Of a DNA stretch of 64,000 bases, positions 28,799 to 40,019 are shown piece by piece. The stretch lies in assembly GCA_963765495.1 (NCBI GenBank), contig CAVXWP010000001.1, positions 32,001 to 96,000 of the forward strand, in the 5' to 3' direction. Made by a program: the position numbers and the translations under genes. The stretch comes from Blastocatellia bacterium (lineage in GTDB: Bacteria > Acidobacteriota > Blastocatellia > UBA7656). The notes under the pieces were generated by a model. That model was not told the DNA's origin. It searched no databases and worked only from the letters and a program-made list of their open reading frames with translations. Position 1 is the first letter of the stretch; every line of letters begins with the position of its first letter.

Positions 28799-28849
28799 CG
28801 CGGGTCGAATGGATTCACGCTGATTTCGTGTTGATCCGCTCGACCCGCG
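28799..28849. terminator. Long hairpin between convergent hemL and haloperoxidase genes
   Basis: CGCGGGTCGA...TCGACCCGCG inverted repeat; could be a bidirectional terminator or another REP-like element. Confidence 0.55.
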
Positions 28850-28880
28850 CTTGTTTCAGGCGAGTGCCTTTCAGGGTCTC

Positions 28881-30611
28881 TTAGATGGTTACCTGAGTGC
28901 CGTCGAATTTGTTAAAGGTAAAGCCGGCGAACGATTCGGTGTAGCAAGCCCTCTGGTCTTTCAGAATGCTGATTGCAACCGCTTCGCCCAGCAACAGAGA
29001 CTGAGTGTAATCCGAGCGCCAGTGAACACCCGCGTGGTTGCGGCCTATAGCTATGTTTGCGGCAAGCTTGTTCAACTCGCCCTCAACAGTCATATTTGAC
29101 ACATCAGCCCCGCCGTAAGGCACAAGCGTCTGCCCGTCAGGCGAGGTCACAACCGGCTGGAAAAGATCAACTATCTTAGTCGCGCCGTTGAAGAACGCCT
29201 TCAAGAGAGTGACGCAGCCGCCAGCCACCGTAGCGTGTCCCGCGCCGTAGGCCGGATGCAGAGGCGATCCTTCGGGGAAAGCCATCGGCAACAGATATGT
29301 GTTGTATCTGCTGTGCACTTCCTGAATCGCCTGCGAATTTAGCACGCTGGAGTGTATAGGATAGCTGGCCGTGTTTGTCTTTACATTGTGAACGGCTCCG
29401 CCAAATGCTTCGGGTCGCAGCCTTCGATGGACAAACCACTTCTGATACCAGACTGCTTTGAGCGCGCGCGTGGCGACTTCGGCTATCAAAGTCTTTGCGT
29501 GCGGAGCGCCAAAAGTGGCGAACCCTTCCTGATTCTGTGAACCGGCGTAAGGATTGTTCGCGTTCAGCGGCGCGTTGGCGTGAAATAGCACAAGCCCCGC
29601 GTTGAAGTATGCTTGATAGAGCACGTCTATGTGAACATATGCGCTTATATCGCGGCCGTTGCGAATAAAGCGGCGCACAGGATCGAATTGATTGCTTCCC
29701 TGTGTAAAGCCGTTCTGTACGCTCAACCAGGATGTGAAATCGGTCATGTAATCGATGTTTGGGAGATAGGTCTCTTCTCGTTGATCTATAAACTGGGCCC
29801 CGAAGCTGATCGGCACCAGCATAAACTGAGAGATATATGGACCGATCAGATCGCCCGCCGTAAGGCCTCGAAACAGACTATTGGCTGTCACAAGCCCGCC
29901 GATTCTTGGTCCCTTGAATCCCGACAGCCCCGTCAGTTCCGCCGCCGCCGCCTGTGCCAGAGGGCTTGTGGGAAAGTCATCGAAATTCACATCTCGCAAG
30001 AGCGCCATCCAGTAATTTTCCACGATCTCGGCCGCTTCTTCGGCGCTGCTGAAAGCGGGCGCGGGCGGGATGGCCATCTCGTGCGAATCAATGCCTTCAA
30101 TATCAAATGCTATCCCGGCTTGCGGGTTGACGAGTTTGCGCCTCTGTGCCAGAGGAGCACCCATCGGAATCGCTTCAAAATCGGAAGGCTTTTCGGTCGT
30201 CATCGCCTTGGTCAGGGCAGCATAGGCTGTGAGGTCAACTTCGCCACGGCTGTTGTGCGGCAGCCCCTTCGAATAGCAGGCGATCTTGTTGGTAAACGCC
30301 TGCTCGTCGCCGTTTGTCGGGTGAAGGGTGGGAGGGCCGACCTTGTAATTTTGAGCCGCCTGCTGGCGAAGCTGGAATGACTGTTGACGTCGTCTGGCAT
30401 CCGGCCCGATGATCAGAACCTGCCCCTCGGCTTCGGTCGATTTCGATCCCGCCAGAGGTGAAAAACCTATGGCACCTACCGCTACTGTAGCAGCAGTCAT
30501 TCCCCCTACATTGCCAAGAAACTTTCGCCTGCTTGATGAGTGACGCTCGGGCTTTATATTTGAATCTATATTGTCCGGATCACTTTGATCCTTAAATGCT
30601 CGAATCTTCAT
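28881..30611 (-). CDS. Tat-exported vanadium-dependent haloperoxidase
   Basis: SRRKFL twin-arginine signal; vanadate-binding motifs KWFVHRRLRP, HPAYGAGH and GRNHAGVHWRSD; RBS AGGAGGAG before MKIRA. Confidence 0.9.
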   Translation of the reverse strand: MKIRAFKDQSDPDNIDSNIKPERHSSSRRKFLGNVGGMTAATVAVGAIGFSPLAGSKSTEAEGQVLIIGPDARRRQQSFQLRQQAAQNYKVGPPTLHPTNGDEQAFTNKIACYSKGLPHNSRGEVDLTAYAALTKAMTTEKPSDFEAIPMGAPLAQRRKLVNPQAGIAFDIEGIDSHEMAIPPAPAFSSAEEAAEIVENYWMALLRDVNFDDFPTSPLAQAAAAELTGLSGFKGPRIGGLVTANSLFRGLTAGDLIGPYISQFMLVPISFGAQFIDQREETYLPNIDYMTDFTSWLSVQNGFTQGSNQFDPVRRFIRNGRDISAYVHIDVLYQAYFNAGLVLFHANAPLNANNPYAGSQNQEGFATFGAPHAKTLIAEVATRALKAVWYQKWFVHRRLRPEAFGGAVHNVKTNTASYPIHSSVLNSQAIQEVHSRYNTYLLPMAFPEGSPLHPAYGAGHATVAGGCVTLLKAFFNGATKIVDLFQPVVTSPDGQTLVPYGGADVSNMTVEGELNKLAANIAIGRNHAGVHWRSDYTQSLLLGEAVAISILKDQRACYTESFAGFTFNKFDGTQVTI

Positions 30612-30794
30612 GCAATCTCCTCCTGATCCGGCGGCCGATACTAGCATTAACGCAACTCAACTATCCGCAATAAGCATTGCGCCCCTGTATGTTCCTACAC
30701 GATGAGCTTTGGCCAAGTGCAGGGACAACAACAGGCGATGGGGTTCGACCGGCAGAAAAATCAACTCAACCTATTGAGGATTGAGGGCGGCGAA

Positions 30795-30822
30795 ATTATA
30801 ACTGCGTTTACCCGAAAGTCAA
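30795..30822 (-). promoter_or_regulatory. Sigma70-like promoter for the haloperoxidase
   Basis: Minus strand TTGACT-N16-TATAAT. Confidence 0.5.
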
Positions 30823-30983
30823 GCATTTTCACGGGTGCGAGGCACCGGTCTCATCTGTGTTAAGATGGCGATTCATCCGGCCTGTGTCTTTATCGTGTCT
30901 TTCTGTTATAAAAGATGTATGTCCGGCGGCGCAGGTTGTGTAAACTACTGAGACCTGAGAGGTTCCTTGCTTGGAAGAGAAAT

Positions 30984-31649
30984 ATGACTAAGATTTCATT
31001 TGATATCGATCTGGCAATCAACCGCATTCGCGAAGCAGTGCGCCCGTTTGCCAAAGCGGCTATGTTCGAGCTGGCCGAGGCCGGTTTTGACACGCCCTTC
31101 CAACAGCTCGTCGCCTGCATAATATCAATACGCACGCTGGATGAAGTGATGCTTCCGACCGCCCGCAAACTGTTTGCGCGGGCGCGAACTCCTGCCGAAG
31201 TCAGTCGCCTTACAATAGAAGAGATTGACGAGCTTATCCGCGCTTCAACCTTTCACGAGCGCAAGGCTTATCAGATACACCGTATCGCCTGTCGAGTGGC
31301 AGATGAATACGCGGGCACGCTCCCCTGCAAAGAGGAAGTCCTGTTGTCATTCGAAGGCGTAGGCCCGAAGTGCGCCAATCTGGTGCTTGGCATAGCGTGC
31401 GACCAACCGCGCATAGGCGTAGACATTCACGTCCATCGCATTACAAACCGTTGGGGGTACGTGGAGACGCGCACGCCGGAGAAGACCACCGGGGCGCTTG
31501 AGGCGACACTGCCGCGCCGCTACTGGGTAGAGATCAATAAATTACTGGTCCCGTTCGGCAAGCACATTTGCACAGGAATGCGCCCGCGCTGCTCGACCTG
31601 CCCCGTGCTTGAGATGTGCCGACAGGTCGATGTGGCGAATCCACGATGA
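30984..31649 (+). CDS. nth: Endonuclease III (HhH-GPD DNA glycosylase)
   Basis: HhH LLSFEGVGPKCAN, VDIHVHRI, and the [4Fe-4S] motif CTGMRPRCSTCPVLEMC. Confidence 0.9.
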   Translation: MTKISFDIDLAINRIREAVRPFAKAAMFELAEAGFDTPFQQLVACIISIRTLDEVMLPTARKLFARARTPAEVSRLTIEEIDELIRASTFHERKAYQIHRIACRVADEYAGTLPCKEEVLLSFEGVGPKCANLVLGIACDQPRIGVDIHVHRITNRWGYVETRTPEKTTGALEATLPRRYWVEINKLLVPFGKHICTGMRPRCSTCPVLEMCRQVDVANPR

Positions 31650-31650
31650 G

Positions 31651-31748
31651 GAGTGAAGAGTGATGCGTGATGCGTGATGCGTGATTCAATTGGGAGCCTG
31701 TATGTAAGAGACAATTTGTAAGCCTGGTAATCACGAATCACGCATCAC
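31651..31748. repeat. Heptamer-arm palindromic element, family A
   Basis: GTGAAGA (GTGATGC)x3 GTGATTC - core - AATCACG AATCACG CATCAC between convergent nth and tesA. Confidence 0.88.
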
Positions 31749-31750
31749 CT

Positions 31751-32467
31751 TTAACCCGTCGCGGCGGCTTGCTTTTGCTCTTCAAGGATCGGCCGAAGGT
31801 GTTGATAGACGGTTTCGGTTACGAGCTTTGTCCCTTCCGGGTTTGGGTGGATGCCGTCGGCCTGGTTGAGCGACTCTATACCCGCGACGCGATCCAGAAA
31901 GAAGGGGATCAGGCTTATCTGGTACTTGCGCGCGACTTCTGTAAAAGCCTCGTGTACCTCTTTTCGATAATCAGGCCCGGAACTGGTAGGGGCTTCCATC
32001 CCTGCCAGCAGCACTCTGGCCCCGTGCGCTTTTGCGCTTTCGATTATCCGGCCTAAATTCTTCTTCATTTCGGAAACGGGCTGGCCCCGCAAAATGTCGT
32101 TGGCCCCGAGTTCCAGTATGACTACCTTTACATCGCCTTCGAGCGACCAATCAATCCGCCGCACTCCGCCTGCCGAGGTGTCGCCCGAAACGCCCGCGTT
32201 TACAACTTCGTAGTCGTATCCGTCAGCCTCAATCTTCTTTTGCAGAAGCGACGGATAACTCTCGGCGGGCTGAAGACCGTAACCCGCCGTCAGGCTGTCG
32301 CCGAATGCGACTATCTTCGCTGAACTCTTATCGGGAGCGCTCGAAGCAGCAGGGGGTGACGTACCTGCGCCCGGTTGCGGGGCCTCGGGTTTTTCCGCCT
32401 CTTTGCCCCCACAGGCGGCAAGCCCCAAAAACGTCAATAAGAAAATGCAGAGTAGAAAATTTCTCAT
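31751..32467 (-). CDS. tesA: Arylesterase/acyl-CoA thioesterase I (SGNH/GDSL), lipoprotein
   Basis: Lipobox LAAC, FGDSLTAG, NAGVSGDT, LGAND and DGIHP. Confidence 0.9.
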   Translation of the reverse strand: MRNFLLCIFLLTFLGLAACGGKEAEKPEAPQPGAGTSPPAASSAPDKSSAKIVAFGDSLTAGYGLQPAESYPSLLQKKIEADGYDYEVVNAGVSGDTSAGGVRRIDWSLEGDVKVVILELGANDILRGQPVSEMKKNLGRIIESAKAHGARVLLAGMEAPTSSGPDYRKEVHEAFTEVARKYQISLIPFFLDRVAGIESLNQADGIHPNPEGTKLVTETVYQHLRPILEEQKQAAATG

Positions 32468-32554
32468 GATTGATTTTCCCGATGCTCGTTTCAGGGATGA
32501 AGAGGCTGTCTTCGGCGGTTTACCGGAAGTATTGCCGAAAGAGTCAGGAAGAGA

Positions 32555-32821
32555 TTACTGAAACATGTCGGGGCTGATTTCGAGCGCTACCTCCGATATC
32601 TTATGTATCGAAGCGCCGGTCCTGCGGGCGTGTTCGAATAACGCCTCGGGATTTGGCGCATCGTATTCACAATACATTTTACCCTCTGCCTCTGAGACGT
32701 AGCTTTTGACCCAGATTACGTCCGGCATGTCTGCTAATACTTTATTAGATTTTCTGGCCGCAGCCTCTAAGGCTTCTCTCGACATAGGAGGCACGATCCG
32801 CTCAATGATATATCGAGGCAT
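32555..32821 (-). CDS. DUF4242 (SCO4226-like) small protein
   Basis: MPRYIIER...WVKSYVS...KMYCEYDAPNPEALFEHA...KISEV pattern. Confidence 0.8.
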   Translation of the reverse strand: MPRYIIERIVPPMSREALEAAARKSNKVLADMPDVIWVKSYVSEAEGKMYCEYDAPNPEALFEHARRTGASIHKISEVALEISPDMFQ

Positions 32822-32849
32822 TCTTTACTCCTTATTGAAACAGAAATTG

Positions 32850-35800
32850 TCAGGCCGGCGATAACCGCCAACAGGCCTCTTTTAGCTCTTCATTCTCTAT
32901 CTCTTCGGCAATATTAAGAGCTTCGATGAGGAAGGCGTTGGCCCGGGTTTTCTCTTCCTTGGAGAGAAACAGGCTGGCTATATGATGTAGCATCCATCCC
33001 TCACCTTTACGGTCGCCGAGCTCTTGTCTGAGGGCCAGAGATTTCTGATACTCTTCAAGCGCCCGATCAAATGATTTCCTTTCCTTCAACACATCTCCGA
33101 GGGCCGCGAGCGTATGTCCCTCAAGGAGCCTTTGCCCGCATTCGCGATGAACCTGAACGGCTTCTTCAAGCCTCTCTATCGCCTCATCGCTTCGCCCCAT
33201 TCTATTCAGTGTAACGCCTATGCTGCTGAGCATCAATCCTGCGTGCACGCTGTTGTTTGACTCCTGAAAAATTTTCAGCGCTTTTGTGTAGCGCTCAAGC
33301 GCCTTACCGAAATTGCCCCTCTCCCACTCTATGATGCCCATCGAGTTTAGAAGGTCTCCCTCTTTGGCCGCATCATTGAGACCTACAGCCAGTGCCAAAG
33401 CCTCTTCATAATATTTGAGCGCCTGCTCGGGGTCTTTTGCCTGTTTTCTTGTGAGTCGCGCCATTTCCTGTAGCGCTTTTATCTCGCCGGCTCGGTCGCC
33501 TTGTCTGATTTGCAGATGCCTGATCTTATCCCAGGTCGCAAGGGTCTCAGCGTAGTTTGCGGGCGAGTGCTCGTATACGTAAGAAATGGCAACGAGCGTC
33601 TTGAGCTCATTTCCCTCATCTCCGAATTTAGAGAAGAGAGCAGCCGCCTCCAGCAGATGAGTGAGCGCCTCTTCATATCTGCCAAGTTCGGCCAGACGCT
33701 GCCCCAGGGCGTTTAAGGTTGTGGTCAGATCACGCCTCATATTCAATTCTCGTGTCAAAGTTATAATCTGATTATAGAGGTCAATACATTTGTCGGTTTC
33801 CCCCTGTTCCCAGGCCAGGTTTGCCATAGCGTTGAGCATAAAAGCTATCTCGATTCGCCTGTGAGTTTCCAGGTCGATATTGAGGGCTCTCTGGAAATAT
33901 TCGGCGACCTTTTCCATTTCGCCCAGATCGCGGTATGCATTCGCGGCGATATAAAGAGTGTGAGGCAGGTCGGACATTCTTCCGAGCGATTGCATGGTCT
34001 GGAGGGCCTCCTCCAGATAAATCAGAGCGCCCTTCGGATTGCCGCTGCTGCGAAGGATTGCGCCCATATTTGTAAGGTCCTGTGCGCGCCCGATTGCATC
34101 GTCTTCGGCCTGATCGATGGCCAGCGCGGCTTCGCTACAGGAAATCGCGTCTTCATAGCTATTACGGTTCCAGTATAAAAAACCGAGGCTTCGCAGGGCC
34201 TTGCGTTCCCCGGTTCGATCACCCAGAGCCTGCCGTATGTCGAGCGATTTATTGAGCGTAATCTCAGCCTCTTCAAAACGGCCCAGCAGCGTAAATAACT
34301 CCCCCTGGCGGATGTAGACTTCGGCCAGAAGCGTCTGATCGTTTGCGGGGTCGAGAAGCGAGAGTATACGGTCGATGAGCGATTGCTGCCGGTCACGAAA
34401 TCCGAGCGTTTCGCACTGGCGTTCCTGCCGCAAAAGTATGCTGATCAGTTCTTCTTTTCGCTCTCTGGTTTCGGGTTGCTTCAATAACCATTCCTCAACC
34501 TGTTCCAGCAGCTTGAGCGCCTCGACAAAATGGCTCAGACCGTCAGCCTTGTTAGCGGATTGGCTTCCGTATCGCGCGGCCTTCGCCCAGTTCTCGGCCC
34601 GGCTGAAATGATGGGTCAAAACATCGAACCACTCTTCCAGACGGTCGCCGTATAACTGTTCGATGGCGCAGCCAATGGCTTCGTGGAGCGATTTACGCTG
34701 GTGTAAAAGCAGGCTCTCGTATGCCACTTCCTGCGTGAGAACATGCTTGAAACGATAGGCTGCCTCGGGCAGGATACGGATTTGCTGAATCAGCCCGATT
34801 CTCTGAAGCGTCTCGAGTGATTCGGCCGATTGTTCCTTATCGTCAAGAGTCCGCTCAAGCACCCGTCGACTAAATTCCCGCCCTATTGCCGAGGCATGAC
34901 GGAGTATCTTCCGAGCCTTCGGGGCCAGGCGGTCAAGACGCGCTCGGATCACGGCCTGTACGGTGCCCGGGAGGTGCAATTCTTCGAGCGCGCCCCGAAG
35001 GATTGCCCATCCATCTATGACTTGAACTTTTTCGTCCTCGACGAGTGTCCGGCAAACCTCCTCGATAAAGAAAGGGTTTCCACCCGTTCGGTTATAGAGA
35101 AATTCGCCGAGGCCGTCCGGCAATTCGTCTGCTCCGAAGACCGACCCGGCTATGCTGATCGCAGACCCGGCTTCAAGAGGTCCCAGGTGAAGCGGCGTAT
35201 GAGAACTGACCCAGCCCCATTCAAGAGAAATCTCCGGGCGATAGGTTGCGACTATCATCAAAGGATATGCCGACAGCATCCCGGCAAGTTTCTTGAGGGC
35301 TTCTGCCGAGCCCTCATCGGCCCAGTGCCAGTCCTCAAGAAAAATGATCAGAGGGCCGCGCCGCGCCTTCAATGTAAAAATGGCCGAAAGCGCCTCCTGT
35401 ACCTCCAGCCTTAATTCCTTGCCCACCAGGTGGTGGGGAAGAGAGTGGTCGTTGCTTTGAATCGAGAGCAGATGCAGGTAAAGAGGGAGGTATTGTTTCA
35501 AATTCTCGTCTATCGCGGATATGTTTGTAACGGCCCGCTCAAGCAATTGAGCGGTAGACTCTTTTTCCTGTAGATCGAGCAAGTCTTTGAGAGCATCAAT
35601 AAAAGGCAAATAGGGTATGTTGCCTCTGTAGGACTGGCATCGTCCGAGCAGGACCGAAATATGGTCCTGTTTGAGAGTGTGGCGGAATTCAAGCAGCAGG
35701 CGGCTTTTACCGACTCCGGCATCACCCGCCACGGTCAAAAACTGTCCTTCCCCAAGCAGAACTTTTTCAAGCGCCGAGTGCAGCAGGGTCATCTCTTTTT

Positions 35801-37751
35801 CCCGGCCCGTATATTTCGTAAGCCCGAGAAGTTCGGCCGCATCGAGCCTGGTATCGGCTCCCGACCCTCCGGCAATGCGATAACTTGTCGCGGGCGGGCC
35901 GTCGGGTTTCAAGGAAAACGGCTCTTTTGCTTCGGTGTGAAAGTAAGGCGTAACGAGCCGCCGGGTCTCCGGGCTTACGAGGATTTCGTCTAAGTCCGCG
36001 TGGGCGGCCAGACGCGCTGCAATTTGGAAAGCCTCCCCCGTTTTCTTGCTTTTCTGGCCTCTCTTATTACGCTGACGGGTTACGACCGGCCCTGTGCTTA
36101 TGCCCGTGTAGAGTCGCACAGGGCGGCCTGCGCGTGATTCGAAATCGGCGCAGATCTCTCGCACCATTGCGTGCAACTCAAGACAGGCGCGGACGGCGCG
36201 CAAAGAATCATCCTCGTAGCTTACGGGAATTCCAAAAAGCGCGATGATCTCTTCCCCGGAGAAATGGTCTACCGCCCCGTTATAGCTTTCCATTATCTCA
36301 TCGGCGGAATCGCGGATACGGTTCGTCAATTTTTCAAACTCTTCGGGGTCCAACTGCTCTGCCAGGGCTGCGTAACCGGAAAGGTTAGAGCATACAATCG
36401 TCGCCTGTCGGCGCTCGGCCCCGGTCAAAGACAGAGGCGATATCTCTTCGGTGGCCTTTATTGCCAGAGCTTGCGTGTCGGAAATTTTTTCCGGTTGAGA
36501 GGTTATGATACTCTGCCCGCACAGGCCGCAAAAGTGACTGTCGTGGCGGACTTCTTCTCCACAACCGGGGCAGATCTTTTTCAACGACGCTCCGCACTTG
36601 CTGCAAAAGGCGAAATCGAGAGGATTTTCATGCGCGCACTCGGGGCAAAAAAGAACCTTCCAGGCCATCCCCAATTCCATTTCACGGCTGAGGTTCTTCA
36701 GATCGAGGTGGAGGTCCTTTACCGTTTGATATCGCTCCATTCGGTCTTTCGCCAGAGCTTTTCTCAGAATCCTCTCAAATTCGGCGGGAACGTTTTCGAC
36801 GAATCGAGCCAGCGGGGCAGGCTCTTTTTCCAGTATGGCTACTACGCAATCGCTCGTCGTCTTGCTTTGAAAAGCCTTTTTCCCGGTGGCCATTTCATAA
36901 AGCGTAGAGCCGAGACTGAAGATGTCGCTGCGCGCGTCCAGATCGAACCCGCGCACCTGCTCCGGCGACATATAAGAGACAGTGCCCATCACAACTCCCG
37001 TATCGGTCCTGACCTGTTCTGTCTTTGACAGATGCGTGTGGTTTGCGGAATCCGGTTCTTCGGTGAGTTTTGCAAGACCGAAATCGAGCACCTTTACAAA
37101 CCCGTCGGGTCTGAGCATTACGTTTTCCGGTTTTATGTCGCGATGGATTATCCCGGCTTGATGAGCCGCCGAGAGTGCGATAGCGATTTGCGCAGCCGTG
37201 TCTATCGCCTCGCGCAATGTAAAGGGCGCGCGTCTGAGGCGTTCGCGCACCGTTTCGCCTTCGACGAATTCGGTGGCGATAAATTCCAGGTCGTTACTGT
37301 GCCCGATTTCATAAATGGTGAGGATATTCGGATGATTCAGAGCGGATGCGGCGCGGGCCTCCTGCTCGAAACGCCGCACCCGTTCGGTGTCTTCCGTGAA
37401 CCGGGATGACAGAAGCTTTATTGCGACCGGGCGACCGAGTTTATCGTCACGGGCGAGATAGACCTCTCCCATCCCGCCCGTGGCAATCAAAGACAGAATC
37501 AGGTACCGCCCTATCTGTTGCCCGACAACGTGCGAACCTCTTTCGCTATCGACCCACTCGGCCGCAACCGCGCCCGGCAGCGCCGCCGTCGTGTGAGCTT
37601 TTTCATCCGACGCAAGAAGGGATTCGACCTCACGGCGCAACGTTGCGTCACCGGCGCAGGCGCTTTCGAGGAATGCAGCGCGCTCTTCGGGCTTGCGCTC
37701 GATCGCGGCGTTAAACACCCTGTCTATCTGTCGCCATCGTTCAGGCTTCAT
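32850..37751 (-). CDS. Ser/Thr kinase - double zinc ribbon - degenerate class III cyclase - STAND/AAA NTPase - TPR fusion protein
   Basis: Kinase motifs [22 protein letters not shown] and YMSPEQ; four CxxC pairs; cyclase-like AERRQATIV...RAVR...GISTG; Walker A GDAGVGKS, Walker [21 protein letters not shown]; many C-terminal TPRs. Confidence 0.9.
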   Translation of the reverse strand: MKPERWRQIDRVFNAAIERKPEERAAFLESACAGDATLRREVESLLASDEKAHTTAALPGAVAAEWVDSERGSHVVGQQIGRYLILSLIATGGMGEVYLARDDKLGRPVAIKLLSSRFTEDTERVRRFEQEARAASALNHPNILTIYEIGHSNDLEFIATEFVEGETVRERLRRAPFTLREAIDTAAQIAIALSAAHQAGIIHRDIKPENVMLRPDGFVKVLDFGLAKLTEEPDSANHTHLSKTEQVRTDTGVVMGTVSYMSPEQVRGFDLDARSDIFSLGSTLYEMATGKKAFQSKTTSDCVVAILEKEPAPLARFVENVPAEFERILRKALAKDRMERYQTVKDLHLDLKNLSREMELGMAWKVLFCPECAHENPLDFAFCSKCGASLKKICPGCGEEVRHDSHFCGLCGQSIITSQPEKISDTQALAIKATEEISPLSLTGAERRQATIVCSNLSGYAALAEQLDPEEFEKLTNRIRDSADEIMESYNGAVDHFSGEEIIALFGIPVSYEDDSLRAVRACLELHAMVREICADFESRAGRPVRLYTGISTGPVVTRQRNKRGQKSKKTGEAFQIAARLAAHADLDEILVSPETRRLVTPYFHTEAKEPFSLKPDGPPATSYRIAGGSGADTRLDAAELLGLTKYTGREKEMTLLHSALEKVLLGEGQFLTVAGDAGVGKSRLLLEFRHTLKQDHISVLLGRCQSYRGNIPYLPFIDALKDLLDLQEKESTAQLLERAVTNISAIDENLKQYLPLYLHLLSIQSNDHSLPHHLVGKELRLEVQEALSAIFTLKARRGPLIIFLEDWHWADEGSAEALKKLAGMLSAYPLMIVATYRPEISLEWGWVSSHTPLHLGPLEAGSAISIAGSVFGADELPDGLGEFLYNRTGGNPFFIEEVCRTLVEDEKVQVIDGWAILRGALEELHLPGTVQAVIRARLDRLAPKARKILRHASAIGREFSRRVLERTLDDKEQSAESLETLQRIGLIQQIRILPEAAYRFKHVLTQEVAYESLLLHQRKSLHEAIGCAIEQLYGDRLEEWFDVLTHHFSRAENWAKAARYGSQSANKADGLSHFVEALKLLEQVEEWLLKQPETRERKEELISILLRQERQCETLGFRDRQQSLIDRILSLLDPANDQTLLAEVYIRQGELFTLLGRFEEAEITLNKSLDIRQALGDRTGERKALRSLGFLYWNRNSYEDAISCSEAALAIDQAEDDAIGRAQDLTNMGAILRSSGNPKGALIYLEEALQTMQSLGRMSDLPHTLYIAANAYRDLGEMEKVAEYFQRALNIDLETHRRIEIAFMLNAMANLAWEQGETDKCIDLYNQIITLTRELNMRRDLTTTLNALGQRLAELGRYEEALTHLLEAAALFSKFGDEGNELKTLVAISYVYEHSPANYAETLATWDKIRHLQIRQGDRAGEIKALQEMARLTRKQAKDPEQALKYYEEALALAVGLNDAAKEGDLLNSMGIIEWERGNFGKALERYTKALKIFQESNNSVHAGLMLSSIGVTLNRMGRSDEAIERLEEAVQVHRECGQRLLEGHTLAALGDVLKERKSFDRALEEYQKSLALRQELGDRKGEGWMLHHIASLFLSKEEKTRANAFLIEALNIAEEIENEELKEACWRLSPA

Positions 37752-38325
37752 CGCTTTCCCCTTGATTCAGCTCGCGATAGAGCCATGCTTTTGCCATCCG
37801 CCACTCGCGCATGACAGTAGCCCGCGATATTTTGAGAACTTCGGCCGTCTCTTCAACGCTCAACCCGCCAAAGAATCTCAATTCCGCTATCCGACTCTTC
37901 CTTTCGTCAACAGCCTCAAGTGCCTTCAGCGCATCGTCGAGCGCAAGTAACTCGGCAGCCCGCTCATCCGAGACAACCAGGGCCTCGTCAAGCGGCACCT
38001 GGTTTGCCCCGCCTCCCCGCTTTGCGACTTTGCGGGCGCGAGCATGGTCGATCAGAATCATTCGCATCAATTGAGCAGCTACGGCAAAAAAATGCGCGCG
38101 GTTTTGCCATTGCATCTCTCTCTCGTTGATCATTTTGAGATAAGCTTCATTGACGAGCGCGCTCGTTTGCAGAGTGTGGCCTTCGCGCTCTCGCCTCATA
38201 TGACGGCGCGCGAGCCTTCGCAGTTCTTCATAAACAAGCGGCATCAATTTGTCGAGAGCGGCTCGACTCCCATTGCCCCATTCGACGAGCAACTGGGTGA
38301 CCTCTTGAGACGAAGGCGTCGTCAT
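37741..38325 (-). CDS. ECF sigma factor, kinase-associated type (ECF43/TIGR02999-like)
   Basis: [47 protein letters not shown] and [10 protein letters not shown]; overlaps the kinase start by 11 bp. Confidence 0.9.
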   Translation of the reverse strand: MTTPSSQEVTQLLVEWGNGSRAALDKLMPLVYEELRRLARRHMRREREGHTLQTSALVNEAYLKMINEREMQWQNRAHFFAVAAQLMRMILIDHARARKVAKRGGGANQVPLDEALVVSDERAAELLALDDALKALEAVDERKSRIAELRFFGGLSVEETAEVLKISRATVMREWRMAKAWLYRELNQGESDEA

Positions 38326-38556
38326 TTCACATCCTCCACAGTCGATGCGTTTCAGCCAAAAATTCCCCAAATTATAGCACTCTTGAGCGCTCCGCGTCTG
38401 CTTTGATCCGAAGACTTCTGAAAAAAACATCGCGCGCGGTGATATTTTTCGACTTCATTTCTCGCATAAATAAACGAGGACAAAAACAAAGTAATCGGGT
38501 TCGGGTAGTCTTTGAACGCAACGAAATGGATAGAGATCACAAAGGAGATAATTGTA

Positions 38557-39615
38557 ATGGCAATCAATGAAGAGAAACTAAACCAGTTCGTACATAAGGC
38601 TGTTTGCGACATCGGCGCTACATATAGCGCGGCTTTGATGGTCATCGGAGAAGAGCTTGGGCTTTACAAAGCCATGGCAGAGCTAGGCCCGGTGACATCG
38701 CAACAACTGGCCCGCAGCACGGATACATCGGAAAGATACGTGCGCGAATGGCTGGCCGCACAGGCCGCGGGCGGGTATGCCGGTTATGATGCCGAAACGG
38801 AGTGCTACAGTCTCTCGGAAGAACAGGCTTTTGCGCTTGCCGATGAGAACAGCCCCGCCTATTTGCCGGGCGGATTTCTCATAGCTGTTTCGGCCTTGCG
38901 AATAGTGCCCAAAATCATCGAGGCCTTCAGGACAGGAGAAGGAGTCGGCTGGCACGAGCACGACCCGGGGATGTTTCGCGGCGTGGAAAGTTTCTTCCGC
39001 CCCGGCTATCGGGTTAACCTCATGAACTCGTGGATACCGGCGCTTGCGGGCGTTCAGGCGAAGCTCGAACAGGGAGCCTCTGTGGCTGATGTCGGATGCG
39101 GTCACGGCGCTTCTACGATTTTGATGGCGCAGGCTTTCCCAAATTCCCGCTTTGCCGGATTCGATTTTCACGAGCCTTCGATCAAACGGGCGCGCGAGGC
39201 GGCCAGTGACGCGGGCGTATCTGATCGAGTGAAATTCGAGGTGGCACGATCCCACGAATACCCGGGCGATGGATATGATCTGGTCGCGGTCTTTGATTGT
39301 CTGCACGACATGGGCGATCCCGTAGGAGCGGCGGCTCACGTTTTGAAATCCCTCAACAAAGACGGCACCTGGATGATCGTCGAGCCCTACGCGGGCGATA
39401 AGGTGGAAGATAATCTCAACCCCGTCGGACAGGTCTACTATGGAGCCTCTACGTTGATCTGCACGCCCGCGTCGCTTGCGCAGGATGTCGGGCTCGCGCT
39501 TGGAGCGCAGGCCGGAGAGGCTCGATTGCGCGCGGTTACTGAAAAAGGCGGATTCACTCGATTTCGACGAGCAGCCGAGACGCCCTTCAATATCGTGTTT
39601 GAAGCGCGGCCTTAG
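38557..39615 (+). CDS. Class I SAM-dependent methyltransferase with N-terminal wHTH (Rv2258c-like)
   Basis: ERYVREWLAAQAAGGY, DVGCGHG and FDCLHDMGDP; RBS AAGGAG. Confidence 0.9.
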   Translation: MAINEEKLNQFVHKAVCDIGATYSAALMVIGEELGLYKAMAELGPVTSQQLARSTDTSERYVREWLAAQAAGGYAGYDAETECYSLSEEQAFALADENSPAYLPGGFLIAVSALRIVPKIIEAFRTGEGVGWHEHDPGMFRGVESFFRPGYRVNLMNSWIPALAGVQAKLEQGASVADVGCGHGASTILMAQAFPNSRFAGFDFHEPSIKRAREAASDAGVSDRVKFEVARSHEYPGDGYDLVAVFDCLHDMGDPVGAAAHVLKSLNKDGTWMIVEPYAGDKVEDNLNPVGQVYYGASTLICTPASLAQDVGLALGAQAGEARLRAVTEKGGFTRFRRAAETPFNIVFEARP

Positions 39616-39641
39616 TCTTCCGCACAGAATGTAAATGCATG

Positions 39642-39746
39642 GTGATGCGTGAAGAGTGATCCGTGATTAACCAGGCTTGCAAGGTGTCTTAAACCAGCGG
39701 TCTGTCTAAAAGTCACGCATCACGCAACACGCATCACTCTTCACGC
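39642..39746. repeat. Heptamer-arm palindromic element, family A (core inverted relative to the 31651 copy)
   Basis: GTGATGC GTGAAGA GTGATCC GTGAT - core - TCACGCA TCACGCA ACACGCA TCACTCT TCACG. Confidence 0.88.
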
Positions 39747-40019
39747 GTCCGTCCCGGCCTATTCCCATTCGCCTTTCGCCCAAGTTCCCCTTCAATATGC
39801 TCATTGCCGATTGTAAGCAGGCAGAAACTCAATCCCTCTATAAGTTTGATTCTCGCTTTGTGCTTTGCTGTCTATGACCTCGCTTGTTTGTTATTATCCA
39901 TAATAGTGTAGCGGATAAGGAATGACAGCCAGTGGGAAGCAAAACAGTATAAAAGCCGGTAAAGCATAGAATTGATTTGCTCTTGCTGTCGGATGATTTT
40001 TGTTGTCGCGTTTGTGATT

